DNA of 28,641 nucleotides from the NCBI GenBank assembly GCA_050012475.1, contig JBEKHC010000066.1:1-28641 (forward strand), given 5' to 3'. This DNA comes from Candidatus Velthaea sp. GTDB lineage: Bacteria; Vulcanimicrobiota; Vulcanimicrobiia; Vulcanimicrobiales; Vulcanimicrobiaceae. A program made the translations under genes and the position numbers. Every line of letters starts with the position of its first letter. The first letter of the stretch is position 1. Shown here piece after piece: positions 18,602 to 27,921 of the stretch. The notes under the pieces were generated by a model, which did no database searches, was not told the origin of the DNA, and saw nothing but the letters and a program-made list of their open reading frames with translations.

Positions 18602-19215
18602 ACCTACTCATAATCAGCAAGACTGCGAAATGCCGTCCGAGAGCATCCGATGCGTTGATACGCCTGCGAAGGGACGCTGTTTCGCGGGACATTGTCTTCT
18701 TGGATATCATTCGCATCCCACGCTTCTGTCATGAAAAGCCAGCTCAACCGCAGAACCAGTACGATAGTTAGAAGGAGATCAGCGTGACCTGGCCGAGGCG
18801 GGCAAGGGTTCGGGGGAAAACCTTCAAATCTTACGCTGCTTGTAACAGGGTTTTACCAGCCTCTGCAAGCGGTGAAAATATATTGCCGCGCACGTCTGTA
18901 AGCCAAGCCGGCAACTGGGCCTGTCGCCGTCAGTACTTAGCACCGCAGTCACTCATAAAGGTGATGGCGTCACCGCTTCCGAGAAACGCACCTTCCTATC
19001 ACCTTCGCCGTACGTTCACACGATGTTGTGAAACTCACGCGCATGAAGAGTGTGCTGCAGCAGATGTCATCGGATGTAGTACTCGGCGGCGCGCATCGTT
19101 CAAAACAACGATGCCTGGCTCGTTGCTCGTCTAGGGCGGAGCTGTCTCTCGACGTCTTAGGTTAAGCAACACTCATGGTTGCCTTGACCGTGCTCCTTCG
19201 GAAAGGTCGCCCGTT

Positions 19216-19311
19216 ATGGTATTCAACGCATTAGAATTCTTCTGTTCGTGCTGTGGTAAACCAAAAGACGTGAAGGTTGTCGTTTGTTCGGACTGCAAAC
19301 GTAATCAGTAA
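19216..19311 (+). CDS. Putative 31-aa zinc-ribbon-like microprotein
   Basis: MVFNALEFFCSCCGKPKDVKVVVCSDCKRNQ*; CxxC-x10-CxxC; GGAAAGG 9 nt upstream of the ATG. Confidence 0.45.
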   Translation: MVFNALEFFCSCCGKPKDVKVVVCSDCKRNQ

Positions 19312-19692
19312 AGTGCGATAACGCAAGCTGGACTCAACGCGTGACCCCGTTCGACTTGTAATCGTCAACTCTTTCCCAATCAGTCCGGCGCGTTCGATGC
19401 AGCAATACCGGCACATTGGGGTTCGACGCACACTGATATAATGGGATAGGCAGGGACGTTCATCGTACCTGCCCGGGAAAGCGCCGGTACATTCATCGCA
19501 CACTTTGGCCGCCCGATCCCGAACACGAGATCTGTGACCGGCGCCTTCCACCGATTCGTGAAGATCGAACGATCCTGGCAATCCCATCATATCAGCACGT
19601 TAAGGGCCGCGGCGAGGCATTCCGCGCCTCATTGCGTGTCCGATATCCCCGACGTGGAGACGTGGGGCACTACTCCGCCGGCTGATTCTCAG

Positions 19693-19910
19693 TCAGGGAT
19701 CGTTCGCGACCCCGAGGCAGGGGAGCACGCCGTTCTCAAAGCGCGTGATCGCGCAGATCTTATCGGCGCTCAGGGTGAGGATGGCCATGCCGGTCGCGTG
19801 GCGGATGCCGTCGGAACCGCGAAAGTATGCCACCACTGCCGGCTGACCGTTTGCGCGCGTCGGCACGAGCTCGTAGGGCCGTTTCGGAACGAGTCTTGCG
19901 TAAAAGCGGC
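19693..19910 (-). pseudogene. C-terminal SnoaL-like domain fragment of a SigG-type ECF sigma factor
   Basis: ELVPTRANGQPAVVAYFRGSDGIRHATGMAILTLSADKICAITRF. No sigma region 2 or 4 sequence upstream. Confidence 0.7.
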
Positions 19911-20152
19911 CCACGATGTCGCGAAGCCTTGCTGCACTGTCGCACGCAGATCTGCCGCATCTGCTGCGCGCGGCTGAAACGGACTGCGGCGCGTGGCGCG
20001 GCCCGTCGACGATCGACGCGACTCGTTTACTGTCAGCATTTTGACGCTCGCTTACGTACTTCGACGCACGGTTCACACGGGCGGAGTGAAGATTGCATTC
20101 ACGCGTCGCCGAGCAAAGGCGCGACGCTTCCGGCGATCAGAGCGCGGGAGAA

Positions 20153-20335
20153 TTAAGCCTGTGGCGACGCCCCGTTCAGCGTGTTCGCTGCTGTGAGGAC
20201 TCGGTATCCGAGCGAACAACATTTCGGGCACCAATGGGTTAGGGCGGAATGACGTTCTGCCGCCTTGTGAGCGTCGAGCGCTCCCAAAGCTCGGTCGTAG
20301 TCGGCCTGGATCTGCCCCTGGCTCTGGTGTGTCAT
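20153..20335 (-). CDS. Hypothetical small protein (60 aa) with CPKCC
   Basis: Strong RBS GGGAGG 5 nt before the ATG; no family recognised. Confidence 0.4.
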   Translation of the reverse strand: MTHQSQGQIQADYDRALGALDAHKAAERHSALTHWCPKCCSLGYRVLTAANTLNGASPQA

Positions 20336-20530
20336 AAAGACCTCCCTGCGAGTCCCTGCGCCATTGCCGGGCTCGCTTCCAGTATCGGCAACGAGAACAC
20401 GCGGAGGATGATCTCACAAAGCCTTTACTCGGTGCCATCGCGCTGTCTGAGAACGATCAAATCACCAGCCCGGGCAAGTGACCTTTTGACAGTCGATTCG
20501 CAGTTCGCGCAGCCGCAAAATGGACGTGTG

Positions 20531-20593
20531 GCCCATAATTGTCATTCCCTTGTTTAACGTGGTTGACAAGTTCCAAGTGCGCACAGACTCGTA
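20531..20593 (+). repeat. Left copy of a diverged ~60-bp direct repeat (exact core AAGTTCCAAGTGCGCACA, 20568-20585)
   Basis: Core is identical to 28370-28387; flanks share GCCCrTA..TGTCAT..CTT..GyGGTwGA and CTCGyA. Confidence 0.85.
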
Positions 20594-20696
20594 GAGAGCC
20601 AATGCCTCCAATGGTACGAGAATGCTGCGATTGTCCATCTACGTAGGTTAAACGAACGACCCGAGCGTGACCGGACCAAACGTCGCCACGTTGATG

Positions 20697-23600
20697 CTAT
20701 AGCTTGACTGAAAGCTGAAGATAGGCGCTAAACGGGACGGTAAAGTTCGCTATGTTGGGATCGCGAAACGCCGGCACGAACGGCTGCGCAAAGTACGGGT
20801 TGAGCGGCACGCCGTTGGCCCCGATGTCGTTCGGGCTCGTTCCGTTATAGAAGTTCGATACATAGACCGGATTGGCTTGGTACGCACACACGACGGAGCT
20901 GGGCGGGTAGGCCGCGCTCCACGGCGTGCGCGACCCGCCGAAGCACCGATTGACGATGTTTGCCAGGGTGAGCGACAGTTTCATGCGGCTCGAGATGTCG
21001 TAGCCGACGCCGAGGTTGAAGCTGAGTTGATACGGCTGAGCATACTGACCGAAGCGGTCGAACGCTCCGGTTTGCGAACTCGGTATGGACACTTGGTCGG
21101 TACACGACGTGTAGTCCGCCTGGAGCGGATCCGTCGTGGCGATCGACGATCCGACCAGGCCGGCCGAGTTGTTGGTGCACGCGCGGGGATCGAGTCCAGC
21201 GAAATCTGTCGGCGAACCGTAGACCGTTCCGGCGCTGGCCGTCAGCGACGGGGTAATGCTCAAGCGTCCGTGCCGTTCGTTCGCGATGATGGTAAGCACG
21301 TGCGGAACGAGATACGGCGAAGCCAGGCCCGTCGGATACCAGGCGCTTCGGCTCAGTAAGGGTTGCGGGCGGCTCGCGTAGTACGGATTGCGGATCGATG
21401 TGGGCCCGCAGGTCGGATCGGGTGTCGCGACATCGGACGAGTTTGCAGTATAGCATGGCGAGCCGCCGCCGGCCTGCGTCAACGCATTGTATCCGGCGAT
21501 CGCGACATTGAACGGGTCGAGCGGGTTTTGCGTGGTGCCCGCAAAGTTGTCGAAGCGTTCGCGCGAAGTGAGGTAGGTGTACGCCAAACGCCAGGACAGC
21601 CCGTTTTGCCGAAAGTCGCCTTTGGTAAACTCGACCTCCACTCCCGCATTGCGTTGGGTTCCGCTGGAGAACGCGCTGATACTTGGGCCTGGGTAGAGCT
21701 CATTTCTGGACGATCGGTAAAAGGGCGATATCTTGAGCGCGAGGTTGGTTCCGCGAAATTGTCGCTCGTACGAAGCATCGACATTGTTCGAAAATAAGGC
21801 GGGGGCTTCGTGCCGCGGCGACGTGTAACCGGATGCCCAAAAATCTTGAAAGAGGATCAGAGCGAGATTGTATTGCTTGGCGTCGTACTGAACGATCGCG
21901 CTCGGCGCCGCCTCTGCGTAGCGTCCGTACGAGAATCGCGCCACCGTATCGGCGTTGAACGAGTACGTCAATCCGACGCGCGGTTCAATGGCATCACTCA
22001 CCTCGTTATGGTCGTAGACATCGGTCAGCAGCGCATGTCCGTTTTTGCCGTCCGGATGGACCGTTTGCACCGGCACGCCGGAAGATCGATCAATGGGACA
22101 CGTCGTTCCAATGAAGGCGGGCGCTGGTGCAAGCGAGTTCTGCGGCACCGGGAGGAGCGCCGGTGCGTTGTTGACCGGGTTGTAGCAAAATTCGTTTTGC
22201 GCCGCTGCGAACCAAAATTCTTGGCCGGCGCTCGATGTGTCGGCCAGGCGGTACGCAAAGCGGTCGAAGCGCAAGGCCGTGTCGATCGTCAGCCGCTGAT
22301 TCGGCCGGAAGAAGTCGTCGAAGTTCGCCGAAAGAAATGTCGGCCGCACGGTATTCCAGAGGCCCTGTTGGCCTGACTCGGTCACGCGCCATGACGCGCC
22401 GGCCGCCGCTGCGGCGCCCACGGCGGGAGCATTACCGCGCGTCGGGGCGGCAAACGTTCCGCTGGTGAGATCGCTGTTACACGGCGCGGGATCCCCTGCG
22501 TTATAGTTGACGCCGCTCACCGTGCCGGCAACATAGGCAAAGCATCTGCCGCCTGCGGTGAGGTTGGTTACCGGGCTATCGGGCGTATCGAGATAGTCGG
22601 CGCTATTGAAGCGATTGGTCGTCGCGGTCACGACGTTGACGGTTCCGCTGATCAGATGCTGCGCGCTCAATTGATCGGCGACTTTTAGTTCAACACCACG
22701 CGTATGGGCATCGAGCTGGTAATCGTAATCGCTCAAACTCGTGCCGAAAATGCCACCGGTGCCGAAATACATCGGCCCGTTTATTGACCAGTCTGAATAG
22801 AACGAATAGCCGAAAATGCGCGCGTAGGCGTTGGAACCGAAGTTTTTTTGGTACTGGACTTTCACGATGCCGGCGTCGTAGCGCTGGCTGTCGCGTTGAT
22901 CGAGCGGCAGCGGCGCCCCAAACGCGTGCTGTGGCGACGACGGGTACGCGTAGGGCACGGCCGCTAAGCCTTGAGCGGATTGACCAAACGTCACGCCCGC
23001 GGGCCAGGTAATCGCGTCGGGCCAAATCGCGGGCCCACCCAAGAGCCCCGAAACCAGTGCAGACCCCGCGTCGTTCGGGCTTGAATACGCTTGCGTCAAT
23101 TGTGCCGATGTCGAATACAGAATCTGAACGTCGTCTTTTCCGTCTCCCTGCCGATGCGGCAGCCCCACGTGAACGTTGACCACGCCCTCTCGATCCGCGA
23201 TGTTCGAGAGGAGAAAAAACGCCGGGCCGAAGGTACTAAAGCAGCCGACGCCGTTCGCGACGCCGGCGGCCGGCGGACTGCCGGCGAACGGGTCGTTGAT
23301 GGGCGGGTTCCCCGTGCAGGCCGGATAGACGCCGCGATAAGTTGGAAACAGGCCGGCCGTGGCAAACTTCGTGTTGTCCAAACCCAACGTGTCGAGGAGA
23401 CCGGCACCGTTGAATTGGTCGAAATCTCGGAAATCTTGGTTATAACCGCCGTAGCCGGCAAAATACGAGAAGTTGCGATCCGGCGAGGCGCCGCCGGCTT
23501 CGACGGACAGGTAGTGATCGAACGCCGGCGCACCCAGACCAAGCTTTACTTGCGCGAAACCGGGGTACGTGCCCGTGCGGATTACTTGATTGATCGAACC

Positions 23601-24320
23601 GGCGGTTCCCGACGAACTCGCGCCCGGCTCCTCGGACCCGGTGTAAAGTTGCAGTTCTTGCTGCCCGAGATTTGACAGCGTGCTTGCTGGATAGCCATCA
23701 AATGCTCGGGTAATCGGGACGCCATCGTATTCGTAGCCGATCTCCTGCGCATTACCGCCGCGAATGTAGATAGCCTGATTCGGCCCTTGCTGGCCCGTCG
23801 GGACGAACACTCCCGGGACCGATGCGAGCGCCGAATACGCATTTTGCAAATTTTCTCCGTCGCCTAATGCCTGCGCCGCTTCCGCGCCGGCCGGATCGAC
23901 GGAATACACGTCGCTCGTCGTCCCGGGCCGCACGATGTCGGAGAGGCGAGTCGACGTGCGGCCGATCTGACGCAAAACGCGGGGCACGACAATCGTGAGC
24001 GAACGCGTTTGATCGGCGAAAATCGAGACGTTCCGGACAACGCGCGATTCGTAGCCGTCTTTCTCTGTCGACAGCGTGTATTGGTCGGGGCCAAGTGACA
24101 GAAACGTGAACGTCCCGCCGGCGCTTGTGATCGCCGTAACCAGCGCCGTCGGACTCGACAAATCGACGCGAACACCTGGGACCGGTCGGGAATCGGCGTC
24201 AGTTATCGTGCCCGTCAGCGCTCCGGTCGTTCCGGCTTTGCACGCGAGACCGCTAATGAGCATGAACAATGCCGAAAGCAGGATGGAACGCCAGGCAAGC
24301 ACACCACTCAAACGGAACAT
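20697..24320 (-). CDS. Large TonB-dependent outer-membrane receptor with an N-terminal carboxypeptidase-regulatory-like domain (1207 aa)
   Basis: Signal peptide; GTTGALTGTITD...GTFTFLSLGPDQYTLSTEKDGY; plug ALASVPGV...IYIRGG...YEYDGVPI; EPRVGLTY...ARFSYGRY; LANIVNRCF; C-terminal strand YLQLSVKL. Confidence 0.92.
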   Translation of the reverse strand: MFRLSGVLAWRSILLSALFMLISGLACKAGTTGALTGTITDADSRPVPGVRVDLSSPTALVTAITSAGGTFTFLSLGPDQYTLSTEKDGYESRVVRNVSIFADQTRSLTIVVPRVLRQIGRTSTRLSDIVRPGTTSDVYSVDPAGAEAAQALGDGENLQNAYSALASVPGVFVPTGQQGPNQAIYIRGGNAQEIGYEYDGVPITRAFDGYPASTLSNLGQQELQLYTGSEEPGASSSGTAGSINQVIRTGTYPGFAQVKLGLGAPAFDHYLSVEAGGASPDRNFSYFAGYGGYNQDFRDFDQFNGAGLLDTLGLDNTKFATAGLFPTYRGVYPACTGNPPINDPFAGSPPAAGVANGVGCFSTFGPAFFLLSNIADREGVVNVHVGLPHRQGDGKDDVQILYSTSAQLTQAYSSPNDAGSALVSGLLGGPAIWPDAITWPAGVTFGQSAQGLAAVPYAYPSSPQHAFGAPLPLDQRDSQRYDAGIVKVQYQKNFGSNAYARIFGYSFYSDWSINGPMYFGTGGIFGTSLSDYDYQLDAHTRGVELKVADQLSAQHLISGTVNVVTATTNRFNSADYLDTPDSPVTNLTAGGRCFAYVAGTVSGVNYNAGDPAPCNSDLTSGTFAAPTRGNAPAVGAAAAAGASWRVTESGQQGLWNTVRPTFLSANFDDFFRPNQRLTIDTALRFDRFAYRLADTSSAGQEFWFAAAQNEFCYNPVNNAPALLPVPQNSLAPAPAFIGTTCPIDRSSGVPVQTVHPDGKNGHALLTDVYDHNEVSDAIEPRVGLTYSFNADTVARFSYGRYAEAAPSAIVQYDAKQYNLALILFQDFWASGYTSPRHEAPALFSNNVDASYERQFRGTNLALKISPFYRSSRNELYPGPSISAFSSGTQRNAGVEVEFTKGDFRQNGLSWRLAYTYLTSRERFDNFAGTTQNPLDPFNVAIAGYNALTQAGGGSPCYTANSSDVATPDPTCGPTSIRNPYYASRPQPLLSRSAWYPTGLASPYLVPHVLTIIANERHGRLSITPSLTASAGTVYGSPTDFAGLDPRACTNNSAGLVGSSIATTDPLQADYTSCTDQVSIPSSQTGAFDRFGQYAQPYQLSFNLGVGYDISSRMKLSLTLANIVNRCFGGSRTPWSAAYPPSSVVCAYQANPVYVSNFYNGTSPNDIGANGVPLNPYFAQPFVPAFRDPNIANFTVPFSAYLQLSVKL

Positions 24321-24761
24321 ACCGCTTCGCCCTTTTGAGCGATCATCGCACGATCATCAAAAGTGAGAATAGTGCGACGGACCTTCACGGACGTGGTCCC
24401 AGGGTGCGAAAAGCGACCCGGCATCAACTCGACGTGCTCGTGCAATCGCGATTCTCCAAATGCAGCATAGCGCTGATTGACAGATGATCCGCGTGATGCG
24501 AACGTTCGGTACCGCGCCCGGCGTTTCCCAGCGCTGTAGCTCTAGACGGCTACCGGCGTAGTGCGCTCGTCCTCAACGACCGGCTCCGAAATTTTTGGTC
24601 ACGACAACTATTCAAATGTCCAACCGAATCGAGCAGGCTCGTATATGTATGAATATCCAGTGCCGGCCCAACTGGCTGCCGCGGCCGAACGCTTCGGAAT
24701 TGGCCAGATGCTCCGGGTGTCTTCGAGAGGCGTCCCGGTGGACGTCTAAGAACTGAAGCGG

Positions 24762-27338
24762 ATGCGCGGTGCGCTCGCTTCCGTGTCACGGCTGGTTCGT
24801 TCTCGCCTGGACGCCACAGCCCGGAACGCGATTTTCGTGTCGCTGATCGCCGGCATTGCGCTGGCGATATCTATACCGAACTACCTCCTCTGTTTCAATA
24901 ATCCCTACGGATGGTTTGGCGCGGACGTCGACGACAATTACCGAGTAACGTCGATCGTCCCAGGCGGTGGCGCCACCAGGCTACGAGTCGGTGACGTCTT
25001 CCAAAAAGATCCTTATCACGATTGGATACTCGGCCTCATGCCCATAGGCACCGTGGTCGACTTGCCGGTTATCCGGGACGGTAAGCCGCTAGTCGTTCGG
25101 GTAACGAATGTGCGTTCAGCGGAATTGGATCGATCTTTTGGGCCCGTGTGGGCCGACACGATCCAGGTCACCGCGGATTTGCTGCTCGTCCTGCTGGGCG
25201 CGTCACTCGTCCTTTTGCGCCCGACCCGGCTTACCTGGCCGTTCTTTCTCTTCGCTGCCGGGCTCGGCGGCAAAACGGAAGGCGGTCCGGCGTTCTGGTC
25301 GTTTCTGCCGACTCTTCCGGCGACGGTCGTCCTCTGGCTGTACTTTTTGTCGTGGAAGGTGGCGACGATCGCTTTCGTCGTCTTTGCCCTCCGGCTCACC
25401 GCGGTTTTCTCGCCCGGAGTCCAGCGGTTTTTCGAGCGCGCCGCCATCGCCGCGGCCATTCCGATGTTCGCAAACGACGCTGTATGGACGGCGCTTTATT
25501 TCGCGCGGCCGGCGCATGACGCCGGCTTCCTGGTATCGGCCAGCATCTTAGCCGTGCTTTGGGCGCTGGGAATTGCGATTTTCGGCTGGGCGATCATTCG
25601 GAAAAGCCGGACCGGAAACGGTCTGTCGATTGTCGCGTCGGCCATATTTGCCGCGGCCGGCATCGTGTTCCTCGGCTACCAGCTCGCGCTGAACGGGCTG
25701 ATCAGTCTTCCGCCGAGCATCAGCGAGGCGCTCACCGGGCACGCCTCGGTGCTGTATTTCCCGCTGGCCATTGCCGGCGCCTATATCATCATTCGCCAGC
25801 GCACGTTGGACGTTCGACTCGCGATAACACGTGCCGGCGCATTCGCCGCGCTGGGCTACCTGATCATCGCACTCGGCGTCTTTTTGAACTGGGGATTTGC
25901 AAAGCAGGTCGCCCAATATGCCTTTCTCATTCCGCTCGAGATCATATTCGCGGTCTGGCTGGGGTATTGGCTGAGCGGCCTGCGCGATATCGCCGGCACC
26001 CTCGGACTCGCGACGTCGGAAGCCGCGCTGGCGGGATTGCGCGGTGACCGCGTGCACGAGCGCGAGATCTTTGCCAAAGCGCTCGGCCGCGCCGAACTTG
26101 CCCGAAAGCCGAGCCTGGTTGCGGAAGTCCGCGCCCGGGCGGCTTTCAGCGCTTGGCTCGCCGGCGAGGATGACGAATACGAGCGCAATCTGGCGGCGCT
26201 CGAATCGGTCATCGGCCCAGCATCGTCGCGCGGATTAGGCTACTTCGTCGCCGCCGCTCGGGATCGCTTACCGCCCGGCGATCCGTCGGCGACGGACGTT
26301 GCCGAGTGGATCAGCCGCGGCGCCGTCATCGCGAGCACGCATGCCGCCAGTCCGGCGAGTGCGTTGCTCTACGCCCGTCAGGCGGCGCAATCGGCCGACC
26401 GCAGCGGCCAGCCGTTTCTGCAGCTCCTCGCGGCCGTCGCCACCAGCGAGGTCGCGCCGTTCGGCGTCGAGGCTGCGCAAGCCCGTGCCGTGGAGCTAGC
26501 GTCCGCGCTACACCAACCGCGTATCGAGAGCGCCGTCCGGGATTTGGTAATTCGCGGGGAACCCGGAATTCTCGCCCCGTTCGTGGGCCGATTCCGCCGG
26601 TCGCCCGTTCCGGACGCACCGGCGCTTGCCATCTCGTTTGTTTGCGCCGAAGTCCGGCTGCGCGGCGCGGTTCCCGAACTGCGGGATTCCGAGCGGGCCC
26701 TGCTGTTCGCGCTGGCCCATCGGGCCGGCCCGATCTCGACCGACGCGCTCGTCGACAGCCTCTGGCCCGACCGGGACGGCGACGCCGCGCGCAACGCCTT
26801 TCGGGTTTGTCTGCATCGTTTGCGGCGCGGCCTGGGCGAGACGGAGTTCATCAAGCGCACCAACGCGGGTTACGCGTTCTGCGCCGAGACCGTCGTCGAT
26901 CTCCACGCGCTGCCGAATCCGCCGCGATCGGTGGATCGGCCGCTCGAAGCCGCCGATCGCTTAGCCTACCGCAGCGCCTACGAGCGCCTGAACGCCAACC
27001 GGCAAGCGCGTGAGACGGCCGGCGTGTGGTTCGAGCGCTACACGCTGGAGCTGCGCGACCGCCTCGACAGCATCGCCAGGCTGCTGGCGAAGGACGCCTT
27101 GCGGCGCGGAGACGCTGTTGAGGCGCTCACGTTCGTCGACGGCCTTCTGGCCGAGGATGAAGCAGATAAGGAAGCGCGCGAGATGCAGATTGCCGCGCAC
27201 CTGCTCGCGGGCGATCGTTCGAGGGCTCAACGCGAGTTTGAAGCGTACCGAAAAGTCCACGGCACCGCGCAACGACTCGCGGGTGATTCCGCGATCGAAG
27301 CGTTGCTGAACGACTTTGCCCGCACATCCTCCATGTAA
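24762..27338 (+). CDS. Multi-pass membrane transcriptional regulator: PDZ-like periplasmic domain + TM region + winged helix + BTAD (SARP/AfsR-like), 858 aa
   Basis: FGADV..YRVTSIVPGGGA..LRVGD..GTVVDLPVIRDG (PDZ-like); roughly 9-10 hydrophobic segments; LLFALAH..ISTDALVDSLWPD..ARNAFRVCLHRLRRGLG..AGY (wHTH); EAREMQIAAHLLAGDRSRAQREFEAY (BTAD). Confidence 0.82.
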   Translation: MRGALASVSRLVRSRLDATARNAIFVSLIAGIALAISIPNYLLCFNNPYGWFGADVDDNYRVTSIVPGGGATRLRVGDVFQKDPYHDWILGLMPIGTVVDLPVIRDGKPLVVRVTNVRSAELDRSFGPVWADTIQVTADLLLVLLGASLVLLRPTRLTWPFFLFAAGLGGKTEGGPAFWSFLPTLPATVVLWLYFLSWKVATIAFVVFALRLTAVFSPGVQRFFERAAIAAAIPMFANDAVWTALYFARPAHDAGFLVSASILAVLWALGIAIFGWAIIRKSRTGNGLSIVASAIFAAAGIVFLGYQLALNGLISLPPSISEALTGHASVLYFPLAIAGAYIIIRQRTLDVRLAITRAGAFAALGYLIIALGVFLNWGFAKQVAQYAFLIPLEIIFAVWLGYWLSGLRDIAGTLGLATSEAALAGLRGDRVHEREIFAKALGRAELARKPSLVAEVRARAAFSAWLAGEDDEYERNLAALESVIGPASSRGLGYFVAAARDRLPPGDPSATDVAEWISRGAVIASTHAASPASALLYARQAAQSADRSGQPFLQLLAAVATSEVAPFGVEAAQARAVELASALHQPRIESAVRDLVIRGEPGILAPFVGRFRRSPVPDAPALAISFVCAEVRLRGAVPELRDSERALLFALAHRAGPISTDALVDSLWPDRDGDAARNAFRVCLHRLRRGLGETEFIKRTNAGYAFCAETVVDLHALPNPPRSVDRPLEAADRLAYRSAYERLNANRQARETAGVWFERYTLELRDRLDSIARLLAKDALRRGDAVEALTFVDGLLAEDEADKEAREMQIAAHLLAGDRSRAQREFEAYRKVHGTAQRLAGDSAIEALLNDFARTSSM

Positions 27339-27377
27339 TGCGCATGTAATGTCCGCGATGAGCGTCCCGTAACGCTC
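27332..27377. promoter_or_regulatory. CATGTAATG direct repeat (11-bp period) plus inverted repeat GAGCGT-N6-ACGCTC; candidate SARP-type operator for the downstream gene
   Basis: Copies at 27332-27340 and 27343-27351 (the first overlaps the regulator stop codon); inverted repeat at 27360-27377. Confidence 0.55.
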
Positions 27378-27454
27378 ACCGGATCAGCATTGCCTCAAGG
27401 CCGCTCCGCATTCACCCGGAGCGGACCGCACAACGGATACTTGAGGAAGCTGAC

Positions 27455-27817
27455 ATGTACAACGTTCTCCCCTTCTTCTTTTTTGCGGCCATTCTCCCGA
27501 ACTCACCGGTAGCTCCGACCGCCGCCCACCCGAGCTGCACCGTCGACCACCAGGCGGCTCACATCGTTCGCTCCGAGACTCCCGAATATCCAGCTCTTGC
27601 ACGGATTGAAGGCCTGACTGGGACGGCAACCGTTCGCGTCGACCTTTCGCAAGACGGTACCGTTACGGGTGCGTCGATCGTGAAATCGGCCGGCAGTGCC
27701 ACTCTCAACCGCGCAGCACTCCAGACCGCAAAGTCGATGGTCTACGCCGCCGAAACGCGTTCGTGCCAGCCGGTAAGCGGCTCGTATGCCGTTGAAGTCG
27801 AGTACGCGGACCCGTAG
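27455..27817 (+). CDS. Small TonB C-terminal-domain protein (120 aa)
   Basis: GAGGAA RBS; hydrophobic N-terminus; PEYPALARIEGLTGTATVRVDLSQDGTVTGASIVKSAGSATLNRAALQTA. Confidence 0.88.
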   Translation: MYNVLPFFFFAAILPNSPVAPTAAHPSCTVDHQAAHIVRSETPEYPALARIEGLTGTATVRVDLSQDGTVTGASIVKSAGSATLNRAALQTAKSMVYAAETRSCQPVSGSYAVEVEYADP

Positions 27818-27832
27818 GATGCGCTCGTTGTG

Positions 27833-27859
27833 GAGCCGCGACCCAAACGGTCGCGGCTC
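27833..27859. terminator. Perfect 11-bp hairpin after the TonB-C gene
   Basis: GAGCCGCGACC-CAAAC-GGTCGCGGCTC, starting 15 nt after the stop codon; no U-tract. Confidence 0.55.
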
Positions 27860-27921
27860 ACATCGGCATTCCTGCCGATTGCGACGTTAGCGATCCCCGT
27901 GGCCGCCAGGAGGCGCGGAAC

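Noticed and set aside
24561..24749. 62-aa ORF upstream of the membrane regulator
   Set aside because: No clear RBS or recognisable motif; cannot be supported as a gene or precursor peptide.
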